64,000 nucleotides of DNA from an uncultured virus (IMG/VR IMGVR_UViG_3300009378_001140). Its lineage: Duplodnaviria > Heunggongvirae > Uroviricota > Caudoviricetes. Positions 27,595-38,807 of the stretch are shown here, one piece after another; the stretch's first letter is position 1; the number at the start of each line of letters is the position of its first letter. Location of the stretch: the IMG/VR virus record IMGVR_UViG_3300009378_001140; one strand, written 5' to 3'. The notes beneath the pieces are model-generated. The model was given only the letters and a program-made list of their open reading frames with translations, was not told the origin of the DNA and did not search any database. The translations under genes were made by a program, and so were the position numbers.

Positions 27595-27681
27595 TGGTAG
27601 GGCGAGAGGGACTCGAACCCTCAAGGGCAAATTGCCCAGCGGGTTTTAAGCCCGCCTCGTAGACCATTCCGACATCACCCC
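27595..27681 (-). tRNA. tRNA-Leu(UAA)
   Basis: GGGGTGA/TCGCCCT acceptor, GCGGG-CT TAA AA-CCCGC, long variable arm, A73, CCA. Confidence 0.95.
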
Positions 27682-27706
27682 AAAGCTTGTATCTCATTTC
27701 AGAAAT

Positions 27707-27735
27707 ATTATACATCAGCTTCTACAGGTTTACAC
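27707..27735 (-). promoter_or_regulatory. promoter upstream of tRNA-Leu
   Basis: GTGTAA-17 nt-TATAAT. Confidence 0.75.
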
Positions 27736-27736
27736 G

Positions 27737-27901
27737 CTATTGGTCATACAACCTGTCTAATATTACTATCATCATGATGCTTGAAATCGCACCAACAGAG
27801 CTAAAGCAAAATGATGAAACGTTTGAAAGCACCGCAGAGAGAATTATTACTGATATATTTGTTGCAAGTATGAGATACCAAAATTGAAGATGTCTTAGCA
27901 A
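27737..27901 (-). CDS. small two-TM membrane protein (54 aa; absent from the ORF track)
   Basis: GGAG RBS, TTG start, two hydrophobic segments. Confidence 0.45.
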   Translation of the reverse strand: MLRHLQFWYLILATNISVIILSAVLSNVSSFCFSSVGAISSIMMIVILDRLYDQ

Positions 27902-27940
27902 TTTTACTCTCCGCTTTCATTTCTCTCAAGACACATTTCT

Positions 27941-28873
27941 CTATAGGGAGACCTTATATCCAACCTCAACAAGCTCACCATAATCAGGAATAAATCCCAA
28001 TCTCACGGCATTCATCTCTTCAATATATTCCCAGTCATGTGTCTGAACTCTTTCGACATAAACCACTATTGATTTAACGACTGGATCATCGGAACTCAAA
28101 ACTATGCTGTCTCTCATCTGCGTTATAAACGATGATTCAGATAACCATAAAGACCAGTCATCTGCACAAATATCAATCGAATCCTTTCCATATAGACTAG
28201 CTAGCTCTGTGTACTTATATCCATATTCCCACGTATACGGACACTCGCTGTCGCCGCTATCAATTGTCGTTATTGACACAACATCATGGTCAACGTCAAC
28301 AAATGACGCGTCCATCCAATCTTTAAAAATAGATGGAGTTATATTACTTTGTTCATCCTCGTCAGAAATAAAAAATAGTAAAAAATCAGACTCATCTCTT
28401 GAAAATTCTACACCTTCTGACGACGTTAAAAACGTGTATGTTGCTGCAAAGCCTTCCTCATAGAATGTTGAGGGTAAGAGGCTTGGTGCCATCAACATGT
28501 CTAGGGTACCTGAGTTGATGTCATATGGTCCTTGATATCCCAGATTTGTTGAATCAGCCGTGATATATCCAAACTGGTAATTGGATGTAAGCATCTCAAT
28601 ATCTAGTCGAAGAAGATCCATTCCGCTTGCAACTGTTGAAAAGTTATCACTCATGCTACATGACGTGTCAAGCACAACAAGCACATCAAGACTATCTATT
28701 TTATCAACCTGTGTAAATGAATCAACAATGACACGAGTTTCAGACTGATCAGTCATCTTAAAATCGCTACTGCACCCAGACAGCATAAAAAGCACGCCAG
28801 CAAGAGACAATATGAACATGCAGGTCTTTTGACAAGCTAAAGACAGATAACTATCGGGCAGACCCAGCTGCAT
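27941..28873 (-). CDS. vWA-domain lipoprotein, paralogue of 15507..17099
   Basis: Lipobox LSGC; DTSCSM, ITADS, ISDEDEQS and ICADDW. Confidence 0.8.
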   Translation of the reverse strand: MQLGLPDSYLSLACQKTCMFILSLAGVLFMLSGCSSDFKMTDQSETRVIVDSFTQVDKIDSLDVLVVLDTSCSMSDNFSTVASGMDLLRLDIEMLTSNYQFGYITADSTNLGYQGPYDINSGTLDMLMAPSLLPSTFYEEGFAATYTFLTSSEGVEFSRDESDFLLFFISDEDEQSNITPSIFKDWMDASFVDVDHDVVSITTIDSGDSECPYTWEYGYKYTELASLYGKDSIDICADDWSLWLSESSFITQMRDSIVLSSDDPVVKSIVVYVERVQTHDWEYIEEMNAVRLGFIPDYGELVEVGYKVSL

Positions 28874-28933
28874 AACACCCTCAGATATACATATGTGCTA
28901 TGCGTAAAATGTCGATCTAGTCTTGTCTAGACT

Positions 28934-29122
28934 CTACTTAAAATTAACGTAAGGAGAGAGAATATCATCAATTTTTTTAATGACACTTTCACACATCGCA
29001 GCAACGTTTTGCTGCTTAATGACCGACACTGATGGACTTGACCTTCCATCAAGAGAGTTATATGCATTTAAAACGATATTTCTTACATCAACTATTTTAT
29101 CTATATCTTCTTTTTTCATCAC
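28934..29122 (-). CDS. hypothetical protein
   Basis: 62-aa ORF. Confidence 0.45.
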   Translation of the reverse strand: MMKKEDIDKIVDVRNIVLNAYNSLDGRSSPSVSVIKQQNVAAMCESVIKKIDDILSPYVNFK

Positions 29123-29239
29123 ACATGTTCCTGTAGCTGATTATTATTCAGCTCTGGGCAGCCACCAAGCCATTCATCTGATGTGATTATCATTAAATGA
29201 CCCAGGAGCTTACAGAGACAATTCTACATAGGCTGGATG

Positions 29240-29713
29240 CTAATCGTAAATTACATCAAGAATTTCAAAATACTTTACGCCACTCGGTGCGTCGATCTCA
29301 ACATCATCACCAACAGATAGCCCTATTAGCTCAGATGCCAGAGGAGACTTATAGCTTATCTTTCCACCCTTTATATCAGACTCTGTCTCACCTACAATTC
29401 TATATGTTACCTCTTTCTCTGTGTCACAATTAAGAAGCTTGACTTTGACACCGAATACGACCCTTCCGTCTCTTGGTAAGCCGATATTGTAAATCACCTC
29501 TGTCTCACTGAGAAAGTTTTGTATCTGATTAATTCTCATCTCATTTTGCTGCTGTCTATCCTTCGCATATGTGAACTCTGCATTTTCACTGATGTCGCCA
29601 TATTCACGCGCTACCTCTATCTCTTTTGCTATCTCTAGTCTTACAACAGTTGATAGATTGTTTAGCTCTCTTGCAAGATCATTATATCCGTTCTGTGTTA
29701 TTGGATGTCTCAT
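29240..29713 (-). CDS. greA: transcription elongation factor GreA
   Basis: AREYGDISENAEF; YRIVG..E.D...GKISY.SPLA..LIG. Confidence 0.96.
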   Translation of the reverse strand: MRHPITQNGYNDLARELNNLSTVVRLEIAKEIEVAREYGDISENAEFTYAKDRQQQNEMRINQIQNFLSETEVIYNIGLPRDGRVVFGVKVKLLNCDTEKEVTYRIVGETESDIKGGKISYKSPLASELIGLSVGDDVEIDAPSGVKYFEILDVIYD

Positions 29714-30183
29714 TATTTCTTGTCCTCTATTTTATCTCTCATTCCTCTGTGGTCATTGACAAGTGTGCTACTACTTTGCACCTTTTTTCCACCAACATTC
29801 CACAGAAGATCAATTCCTAACTTTTTACATATGCTAATTTCAGGAGTGTTTGTGTTAATTCTATCACCCCCGTTTGCAAAATACGTAAGATCAACACTTT
29901 CTTTTAGCGTATTTAGCGCATCGCATACTGTTCTATCACTATCATTAACTGACACGACATCCACAACTCCCTTGATTGATCGCAATATCTCTGCCCTCTC
30001 ATCCCAAGGCATGAACACATATCCTTTTTTATTTCTAAGCCACCTATCGCTATTAAGGATCACTATCACCTCTCCGTGCCTCGCCGCATCTAATATCATC
30101 CTAACGTGACCAACATGAATCGGATCAAATCCTCCGCTTACTGCCACAGTATCTCTACACTTCTTGCCCATAGCTTTCTCCAA
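29713..30183 (-). CDS. cytidylyltransferase-like (HIGH-motif) protein
   Basis: SGGFDPIHVGH, NSD, FANGGDR and SSS. Confidence 0.9.
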   Translation of the reverse strand: MEKAMGKKCRDTVAVSGGFDPIHVGHVRMILDAARHGEVIVILNSDRWLRNKKGYVFMPWDERAEILRSIKGVVDVVSVNDSDRTVCDALNTLKESVDLTYFANGGDRINTNTPEISICKKLGIDLLWNVGGKKVQSSSTLVNDHRGMRDKIEDKK

Positions 30184-30382
30184 TTAAAATAAGGTCCTCC
30201 CTAAAGAACATCTCAGATTTTCCTGACACCATAACTATCATGATCTCAGGAAACTTCTCATCCATCTGCATGATATCTGAGCCGATCACTATCCCGTACA
30301 TCCCGCCAGGTGAAGCACTAGGCTCCCAACCGGCTGATAACATCGCAGACTCAGACAGTCTTACAAGACTTCCTACAACCAT
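30155..30382 (-). CDS. small KOW/SH3-like hypothetical protein (possibly leaderless)
   Basis: MVVGSLVRL...GIVI; ATG lies 7 nt after the -10 box. Confidence 0.55.
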   Translation of the reverse strand: MVVGSLVRLSESAMLSAGWEPSASPGGMYGIVIGSDIMQMDEKFPEIMIVMVSGKSEMFFREDLILIGESYGQEV

Positions 30383-30389
30383 AAGGGTA

Positions 30390-30418
30390 AGTTTAACACA
30401 TACGTTAAACTTTTACAA
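30390..30418 (-). promoter_or_regulatory. sigma70-like promoter variant
   Basis: TTGTAA-17 nt-TAAACT. Confidence 0.55.
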
Positions 30419-30429
30419 GGATAAGAGCT

Positions 30430-30879
30430 CTATCCCACACCTTCAAACTTAGAGCTCTGATAGTTGTTGTTGCTTCCAGTTAGTGTTCCTGTGAGAACTG
30501 GGAACTGATCGCTTTGGATTCCCGTTAGGCCGGCAACAAGGCTGAAACTTGCAGGAGCTGTTCCAGCATCCGCAGCAAACCACAGCTCCTTGCACCTTAG
30601 CTCAAGACGCGGAGTCGCCTGATTTCCTGAGACTAATAGATAGTTATTTGTCTCTTTTGAACCCAGAGTTCCTGTAACACCATTTTCAGAAAATCCGACA
30701 CGGAGCCAGTTTTGACTTGTGTTCTGGACAACAAAGAAGCGAGTTACATATGGAAATTTAACTCGAACTGCCTCAGTCACGACCTCACTTGCTGCTGAAC
30801 TAGTGACAAAAGGAACACCTGAAACCTCATATGCTGGAGTAAAATTTACTCCCTGTTTTGCTCTATTATCAACGCCCAC
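30430..30879 (-). CDS. hypothetical beta-rich protein (possibly virion-associated)
   Basis: GAGGTG RBS; Ser/Thr/Gly-rich beta composition. Confidence 0.55.
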   Translation of the reverse strand: MGVDNRAKQGVNFTPAYEVSGVPFVTSSAASEVVTEAVRVKFPYVTRFFVVQNTSQNWLRVGFSENGVTGTLGSKETNNYLLVSGNQATPRLELRCKELWFAADAGTAPASFSLVAGLTGIQSDQFPVLTGTLTGSNNNYQSSKFEGVG

Positions 30880-30957
30880 TTATAACACCTCACTCATGCA
30901 ATATTAATTATATACCCACAGATGAAATTGTGAATTTCATTTCTTTATGATTTTGTC

Positions 30958-31548
30958 TTACAGCTTAGACTCCCTATATGCATTGACCATATCATGACAG
31001 TCGTCTTCATCTTGACTTTCTGGCGGAATACCACACTGTGCCATGTAAAAGTGAGTCAGCTCATGAACAAAGATATCATCTGCAGACTCATCACAGTCTG
31101 AACAGATAAATGACCATGCGATATCTGGATAGATATATGTCGTAATTCCATAGAATTCCTTTCCAGGCATTCTATCTTTTGTAAATGTCATAACAGATCG
31201 ATCATTCAGCTTATCATCAGAAATAATGTGAACATTGATAAGACCCTTTCTACATGGCTGATCATCTATCAGGCTGGCCACATGATTAGATACAAACATC
31301 ACAGCTTCAGATACAACATTATTCAAGTCGTCAAGGTCTTTTTGGGTAGAGCCTTGAATCTGGACAATTGTCTCTCCGGTGACTGGAAGTACAAATGTCT
31401 TCTCAGACCTGACGTATGGACCTGCGTTAATTCGAGACTGTGAAACAAGTGATGTCTGGCTTGGCTCAGAGCATGAAAAAAGAGAAAGAATAAAGGAAAG
31501 CTTTAGAATCATCAGTATTACCTCTTGCTTAGATAATACCATACGCAC
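30958..31548 (-). CDS. putative zinc metallopeptidase lipoprotein
   Basis: LFSC lipobox; HELTH (HExxH). Confidence 0.65.
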   Translation of the reverse strand: MRMVLSKQEVILMILKLSFILSLFSCSEPSQTSLVSQSRINAGPYVRSEKTFVLPVTGETIVQIQGSTQKDLDDLNNVVSEAVMFVSNHVASLIDDQPCRKGLINVHIISDDKLNDRSVMTFTKDRMPGKEFYGITTYIYPDIAWSFICSDCDESADDIFVHELTHFYMAQCGIPPESQDEDDCHDMVNAYRESKL

Positions 31549-31573
31549 TAGGCGCTTGCATGAAATCAGGTAG

Positions 31574-31987
31574 TTATTTTACCCACACAATCATTGAATC
31601 AGCTATAGCGGGATCATCACCAAATTCTGCGTCTTGCTCTTTTGCCCATGAAATAGCCTTAAGTTCGTCTCGTTCGCGATGGCCATCAAACATAGCAGCA
31701 AGAACATCTCCCCTTAGGCCAGGAAAGTTGACAGAGTCTGCCAAGGCTTCATATGCACTTTCAGGTGTAACATTAAACTTAGCACCCTGATCAATCACTG
31801 ACTGCCAATCACCGCCCTCTAAGGCACTTTTCATCGTTCCATGCTTAACTGTATTATGTCTGCTAGGGAGGGCTGCATGAACAAGTCGAGCTGCCGCCTC
31901 AAGCTTATCATCACCGGCTTGTTCAAATAGATGTCTTTCTAATTCTTCTCTAATGACCTGTCGAAGCTGGCTTTTTGTAATTCGCAT
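31574..31987 (-). CDS. hypothetical protein with MRITKSQLRQVIREEL leader
   Basis: GGAG RBS; leader motif shared with other proteins in the window. Confidence 0.65.
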   Translation of the reverse strand: MRITKSQLRQVIREELERHLFEQAGDDKLEAAARLVHAALPSRHNTVKHGTMKSALEGGDWQSVIDQGAKFNVTPESAYEALADSVNFPGLRGDVLAAMFDGHRERDELKAISWAKEQDAEFGDDPAIADSMIVWVK

Positions 31988-32053
31988 TTGTTTTATCTCT
32001 CCAGAACATTATTAAATATGTTATGATTGTGAAACTTTCCCTTCTTTTCGATC

Positions 32054-32305
32054 CTAATTGTCGTATTCATCAGGTACATCTGGCTTTCTTATGAGAAATT
32101 CCTTTTGATTTTCTCCATCTGTTATTTTTCCAGTTATGTATCTATCATCTTTAAGAAGAGACTTACGAGACTCTTCAACCTCATCGCAAAAGCTTAAAAA
32201 CTCTTCAACGGGAAATGCGATAGATGTCCTGTCAATTGATATAACCACTACGTCTGTGTCAGTGTCTATCCATATATTTTCTGTTAAGATCGTAAGACTA
32301 TTCAC
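32054..32305 (-). CDS. hypothetical protein
   Basis: GAGGTG RBS. Confidence 0.55.
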   Translation of the reverse strand: MNSLTILTENIWIDTDTDVVVISIDRTSIAFPVEEFLSFCDEVEESRKSLLKDDRYITGKITDGENQKEFLIRKPDVPDEYDN

Positions 32306-32355
32306 ACTGCACCTCTAAATGTGATGATCATAGAATATCTATGTTAACAATGATG

Positions 32356-32934
32356 TCAGATATCTATTTTTTTAAAGACATACAGCTTTGATCTGTGGTC
32401 AGGGACAACCTCAATCTCTTTCATCTTATTGATGCTTCCAAACAGTCCTGGAACAACTTCATCGTCGTGTGAGAAGATCAAGTCATAATCCTTTAGCGTC
32501 TTTTTTATCTCACGCTCAGACAACAGCAACCCACGAATATATCCGTTTGAATTCTCGTATTCCTCATATGAAGCCCTCTCCCATGTTTCATCATGTGCGA
32601 TCATTGTCTTAATGATTATGTATGACGGTGAAATTCTTCTCCACAGAGATGCCATTGCATGAAAATACTCAAGAGACGGAAAGTGATAGATCACAGAAAA
32701 TACTGTTAAAAGGTCTATCCTTGTAGACCCTAGTACGTCAGACACATCTTTAAATGTTGACGTACTATCTATAAGATACGTAGTTGCTGCTGGAATCACA
32801 GCAGCTGCGACATCAAGAACATCCTGTGACACGTCAACAAGGTGAACATCCCTTCCATCACTTATCATCTCAGACGTCCAGCACGATCCAGGTCCCCAGT
32901 CTAAGACTGATGTGATATCGCTCATGTCAATCAT
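32356..32934 (-). CDS. class I SAM-dependent methyltransferase
   Basis: VLDWGPGSC, LVDVS and SVIYHFP; the frame stays open upstream to about 33050. Confidence 0.8.
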   Translation of the reverse strand: MIDMSDITSVLDWGPGSCWTSEMISDGRDVHLVDVSQDVLDVAAAVIPAATTYLIDSTSTFKDVSDVLGSTRIDLLTVFSVIYHFPSLEYFHAMASLWRRISPSYIIIKTMIAHDETWERASYEEYENSNGYIRGLLLSEREIKKTLKDYDLIFSHDDEVVPGLFGSINKMKEIEVVPDHRSKLYVFKKIDI

Positions 32935-33044
32935 CTCAATACATCTTGAAAATGATCTTTGAACATGGTGCTTTTTCTTTCTTACCGCATCTCCAGGAGG
33001 CTTAATGTGCTTCCACCCTGGTGAGACGTCTTTCCACGTATCAT

Positions 33045-33323
33045 TTATTTTTTTGTGGATGTCTCTTTTTTTTTGTTATTATTTTTTACCTTCACTGATT
33101 TTTTAGCAAGATTACTTATGACTTTTTTCGGTCTAAATAGATCAGGATTACCCAAACCAAATGATGATAGTAAGCTATCTACTGTGTCATCATCCGGTGC
33201 ACTGATGTCTTCTGCAAGAAGCACATCAATAAACTCCTCTCGTGTTCGAATGTTATTCTTTTTAAAAAACTCCTGAACGTTCACCCTTCTTCTTCCTACA
33301 AAAAAATTCCAACTGATACCCAT
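33045..33323 (-). CDS. hypothetical protein with a basic tail
   Basis: GGGAG RBS. Confidence 0.55.
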   Translation of the reverse strand: MGISWNFFVGRRRVNVQEFFKKNNIRTREEFIDVLLAEDISAPDDDTVDSLLSSFGLGNPDLFRPKKVISNLAKKSVKVKNNNKKKETSTKK

Positions 33324-33362
33324 AACAGACTTTCTCTCCCTATAACATTAACTATTCAAAGC

Positions 33363-33644
33363 CTAGTCTAACAGCTTTAACATGTCAAGAATTCCAGACT
33401 GGAACCTGGGATCAGATGAGATTCTCTTTACATTTTCATCTGTTAGTTTGATGTCATATAGCCTACAAGTATTCTCAACAAACTTTGTCATCGCAGATAG
33501 AAAGATGTTTCTAGCCGTAGAGTGATTCATTTTGTGACCCATTGATGTCATCATCTCAGCGATCTCTCTATATCCTAGACCATCATCTTGAGATCTAACA
33601 GTTGCATATCCATGATCAGTTTTATAACCTTTTGGCATTGACAT
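33363..33644 (-). CDS. putative helix-turn-helix protein
   Basis: GLGYREIAEMM...STARNI; start reassigned to MSMPKG (GGAGG RBS). Confidence 0.55.
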   Translation of the reverse strand: MSMPKGYKTDHGYATVRSQDDGLGYREIAEMMTSMGHKMNHSTARNIFLSAMTKFVENTCRLYDIKLTDENVKRISSDPRFQSGILDMLKLLD

Positions 33645-33648
33645 ATCT

Positions 33649-34410
33649 TTATCCCTCCACAATCTTGGCCACAGCGGCTTCATCGATATCAAATTCATCT
33701 GTACTGTTAAAATTATCAGATATTCCAAATCTAAGTCTTAGAATTTGCTCTTCTCTCTGCGAGAGTCTTGACAGACATGATTTGATCATGATTAAAACCT
33801 TTTCCTTGTCTAGAATACTATCAACATCTACATTATCATTATCAGCGATGACCTCAATAATTGACCTTCCGCCTTCATCATTTCCCATTGTGCTATCAAT
33901 TGAAATCATATTTTGAAACTTTATAGACTCAAGGCTTGCCTTGACCATATTCTCTGTAACACCGAGAAGTTCAGATATCTCAGCAATGCTAGGCTTCTGT
34001 CCAAGATCGCTCTCATATTCCTTCATGATCATTCTGACCTTATAGGCCAAAGATGCTGTGTGTGCTGGAACCTTAACTGTGTTTCTATTTGTGCTGATGT
34101 GTCGACAAACAGACTGCTTTATCCACCAGCATGCATATGTGCTAAACTTGAAGCCCCTTCTCCAGTCAAACTTTTCAACAGCTTTCATTAGGCCGATATT
34201 TGACTCTTGGATGAGGTCTTCCATATCACATCCGCTTTTATAATATTTTTTTGCTATACTAATTGCAAGACGAAGATTAGATTCAATCATAATGCTTCTG
34301 GCTTCTGCGTCTCCTTTTTCAATTCGCTTAGAGAGAATTACCTCCTCCTCTCTTGTTAGAAGGCTTGTTTTTGAAACATCTTTAAAGTATGAATCAAGTG
34401 ATTGCGACAT
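33649..34410 (-). CDS. sigma-70-family RNA polymerase sigma factor
   Basis: SNLRLAISIAKKY, DLIQE.NIGLMKAVEKFD..RGFKFSTYA.WWI; region 4 appears truncated after LRLRFGI. Confidence 0.93.
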   Translation of the reverse strand: MSQSLDSYFKDVSKTSLLTREEEVILSKRIEKGDAEARSIMIESNLRLAISIAKKYYKSGCDMEDLIQESNIGLMKAVEKFDWRRGFKFSTYACWWIKQSVCRHISTNRNTVKVPAHTASLAYKVRMIMKEYESDLGQKPSIAEISELLGVTENMVKASLESIKFQNMISIDSTMGNDEGGRSIIEVIADNDNVDVDSILDKEKVLIMIKSCLSRLSQREEQILRLRFGISDNFNSTDEFDIDEAAVAKIVEG

Positions 34411-34432
34411 TATAAACTCCGATTCTTAGATC

Positions 34433-34461
34433 ATTTAATCGCTGATTGTGAAAAGTTACAC
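34433..34461 (-). promoter_or_regulatory. promoter upstream of the sigma gene
   Basis: GTGTAA-17 nt-TTAAAT. Confidence 0.55.
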
Positions 34462-34519
34462 GAAAATACGTGTTCCTAATGATTAATATAGACACCCATC
34501 TAGAATAGAAAAGGGGTAT

Positions 34520-34753
34520 TTAGAAAGATGTATTTCGACGCCTGTTTTCTAGTGATGCTGTGTAGTTTATGTGAGCAATCTTTCTGGCACGTCTCACCTC
34601 TAGCTCTCTGTGAACATAGCATAGTTCAGTCTCTAGAAACTCTCTACTGCCTCTGTCTCTTGTTCTTTCAATTCGACGTGTCAGATTATTGAAGATCCTG
34701 TTAAGCTCATGCTCATCCATCTTCAGAAGCTCATCATAGTCTAGTCTTCTCAT
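34520..34753 (-). CDS. hypothetical protein
   Basis: AAGGAGG RBS before MRRLDY. Confidence 0.6.
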   Translation of the reverse strand: MRRLDYDELLKMDEHELNRIFNNLTRRIERTRDRGSREFLETELCYVHRELEVRRARKIAHINYTASLENRRRNTSF

Positions 34754-34780
34754 GCTACCTCCTTTTAACGGTGCATGTTT

Positions 34781-34809
34781 ATTATACCAAAGCAAAGCTA
34801 AGTTTACAT
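34781..34809 (-). promoter_or_regulatory. sigma70-like promoter
   Basis: ATGTAA-17 nt-TATAAT. Confidence 0.7.
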
Positions 34810-34813
34810 GAAA

Positions 34814-35047
34814 CTAAGAAACATTTACAAACGTTCCAAACCTATCCTTTATTAGCAGGTGTAACTGTGATTTTGGAATTCGTGTCCTGACGGAGACAGC
34901 ATACTTTTTTACACCCTTGTTGCCTATCTCTCTAATTTCACCCATTGAAACTAAGGCCTTATTTAGCTTTGCCCACCTTATCGCTAACTGCAAGTCTGTT
35001 ACATATGTTGCAATAATTATAGATTTTTTTGAATTGGGTCTTTTCAC
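34814..35047 (-). CDS. hypothetical protein
   Basis: ORF abutting its neighbour. Confidence 0.5.
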   Translation of the reverse strand: MKRPNSKKSIIIATYVTDLQLAIRWAKLNKALVSMGEIREIGNKGVKKYAVSVRTRIPKSQLHLLIKDRFGTFVNVS

Positions 35048-35431
35048 TTAGATCACAATCGGCTTTCCATTATATAAGACCTTCTTATTGTTTAGCGTCA
35101 AAACTGTTACAATCTTAACGCCAGGCAGGCCCTTTATTAACTTTCCTATAGATTTTAGATTTTTTAAATCGCTTCCCGCTCTCGGTAAAAATTTAACGTA
35201 CACCTCAAGAATCGTATTTTTATCTCCTGCTCTCTGAACAGGTTCCTTTTGTCCAACAACAGCAACCGTTGGTAGAACCCTGATTCTTGTAAGTGTGTCA
35301 GGAACGTGAGCGTCACTAACCATTGTCAGTCGACAAGTTATGTTCACAAGATCAGACTTTAATCTAAGACCAGCAGACTGCTCGCTTAAAATCATCTTAA
35401 CAATGCTTTTTAATAGATGGTTTTCTGACAT
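35048..35431 (-). CDS. hypothetical protein with LKSIVKMILSEQ leader
   Basis: 127-aa ORF. Confidence 0.6.
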   Translation of the reverse strand: MSENHLLKSIVKMILSEQSAGLRLKSDLVNITCRLTMVSDAHVPDTLTRIRVLPTVAVVGQKEPVQRAGDKNTILEVYVKFLPRAGSDLKNLKSIGKLIKGLPGVKIVTVLTLNNKKVLYNGKPIVI

Positions 35432-35488
35432 GTCTAGGCGTTTTTCACTTCCACATAGATAGGTATGTCGACCAAATTGAAATAAAGA

Positions 35489-37400
<1,912 letters not shown>

Positions 37401-37404
<4 letters not shown>

Positions 37405-37808
37405 GTAAGACCTTCGATATTAAAACTCGCCTTCGTTCCGTCTCCTAGATCTACAGATATTTTTTCAGAGTATTCATCACTGCCCGGAGTCTGTGATAAA
37501 TCGACATCAGGTGCATCATCACCAAATATATTCTTTTTCATCTCGTTTGCCGATAGCACCATACTATTTACTGTCTCTAGCGCATCACTTATCAGCTTTT
37601 CCTTTAGCTCATCGAGAGATGTAAACACATCGACATCAAGATTGTCAAGAGAAACACAGCTCATTTTTTTATCAGGCAGCTTCACGACATACGACACCTC
37701 CTCAGATTCAAGAGTTCTTCTTGACACCTGCTCAGTGATCAATGATGGAAAAATACGAGAATTCTTCCTTGACAGTAAATACACTATCTGACCAACACTA
37801 TAGCCCAT
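37401..37808 (-). CDS. hypothetical protein (KOW-like start)
   Basis: YSVGQIVYL. Confidence 0.6.
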
Positions 37809-37857
37809 AACCTCTCCCGTTGAAGGAAATATACATCATAAATCATCAATAATATAC

Positions 37858-37892
37858 AAAAACAGCCCACCTTTTTAAAGGCAGGCTGTTTT
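37858..37892 (-). terminator. intrinsic terminator
   Basis: Minus strand AAAACAGCCTGCCTTT-AA-AAAGGTGGGCTGTTTTT hairpin (two G-U pairs) with a U-tract. Confidence 0.75.
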
Positions 37893-37915
37893 ATCTGGAG
37901 GTATACTAACGAATC

Positions 37916-38359
37916 TTACTTAAATCCAATTCCAGGAAATGCGAGATTTATCAATCCCTTTCTGCTGTTGGAGGGCTGATTTTCACCATACAGCCACTTA
38001 CTATCACTTTCAAGCATTCCAAGATCTTCAAGAACAGTTCTTATCTCTCCTCGAACTGCCTCGCGAAGTCGTGACTCTTCAAGATTTTGTCTTCTCATGC
38101 TTAAAACGGCCTCTCTTAGTTCATTCTCATCAACCTCAAGAACCTCATCTTCATCAATAGATTCACCTTCTTCTAAATCACCCTCTTCATCAGATTGTAA
38201 CTCATTTAATTGTTCAGCCTGATCTGGGTCATCGACACCAGGGTCATCATGTCTGCTTCTATTCTGCGCTTCTGTTAGCATCTCAGACTCAGAAGATGGT
38301 AATCCTGCTAACTTAGAAAGCCTATTTACGTCAAAGTTCATATTAAATTTCTCCAGCAT
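37916..38359 (-). CDS. acidic hypothetical protein (possible head/scaffold protein)
   Basis: RLSKLAGL..., MLTE, LEE and ESRLREAVRGEI. Confidence 0.55.
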   Translation of the reverse strand: MLEKFNMNFDVNRLSKLAGLPSSESEMLTEAQNRSRHDDPGVDDPDQAEQLNELQSDEEGDLEEGESIDEDEVLEVDENELREAVLSMRRQNLEESRLREAVRGEIRTVLEDLGMLESDSKWLYGENQPSNSRKGLINLAFPGIGFK

Positions 38360-38401
38360 AGATTAAATATGACCCATTAAAAAAAACATCCCTCACTATT
38401 G

Positions 38402-38752
38402 TCATGTTTCAAGATTATTTTTAACATTACTTGATATCGCTTGGCCTTTTTTAACAGCTGCGGCCAGGGGGTCTAGGCCGAGAGAAACTCTCACAACATC
38501 GTATGTATCTCGATCAAGCCTCTCCTTAAGAACAGCCATATCAGCATATTGGTGAAGATCCCACTGTGAAACAGGTACGTCTTCTCCATCTAGACCTGGC
38601 TCAAACTCTCCTGTCTCTCTTGATTCAAAAATGTACAAGAAGGTCGGCATGTCTTCATCTTCAGGAACCATTACAAACGGAATGCTTGAAGATGATCCGT
38701 CAGTATTTTCCTCATATAGTATCTCTGGAACCCAATTAGATGTATTGCTCAT
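38402..38752 (-). CDS. hypothetical protein
   Basis: AGGAG RBS. Confidence 0.6.
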   Translation of the reverse strand: MSNTSNWVPEILYEENTDGSSSSIPFVMVPEDEDMPTFLYIFESRETGEFEPGLDGEDVPVSQWDLHQYADMAVLKERLDRDTYDVVRVSLGLDPLAAAVKKGQAISSNVKNNLET

Positions 38753-38807
38753 TTAATCTCCTAATAGAATAAGTGAATTATTTCACACACACCCTGAAAC
38801 GTTTATG

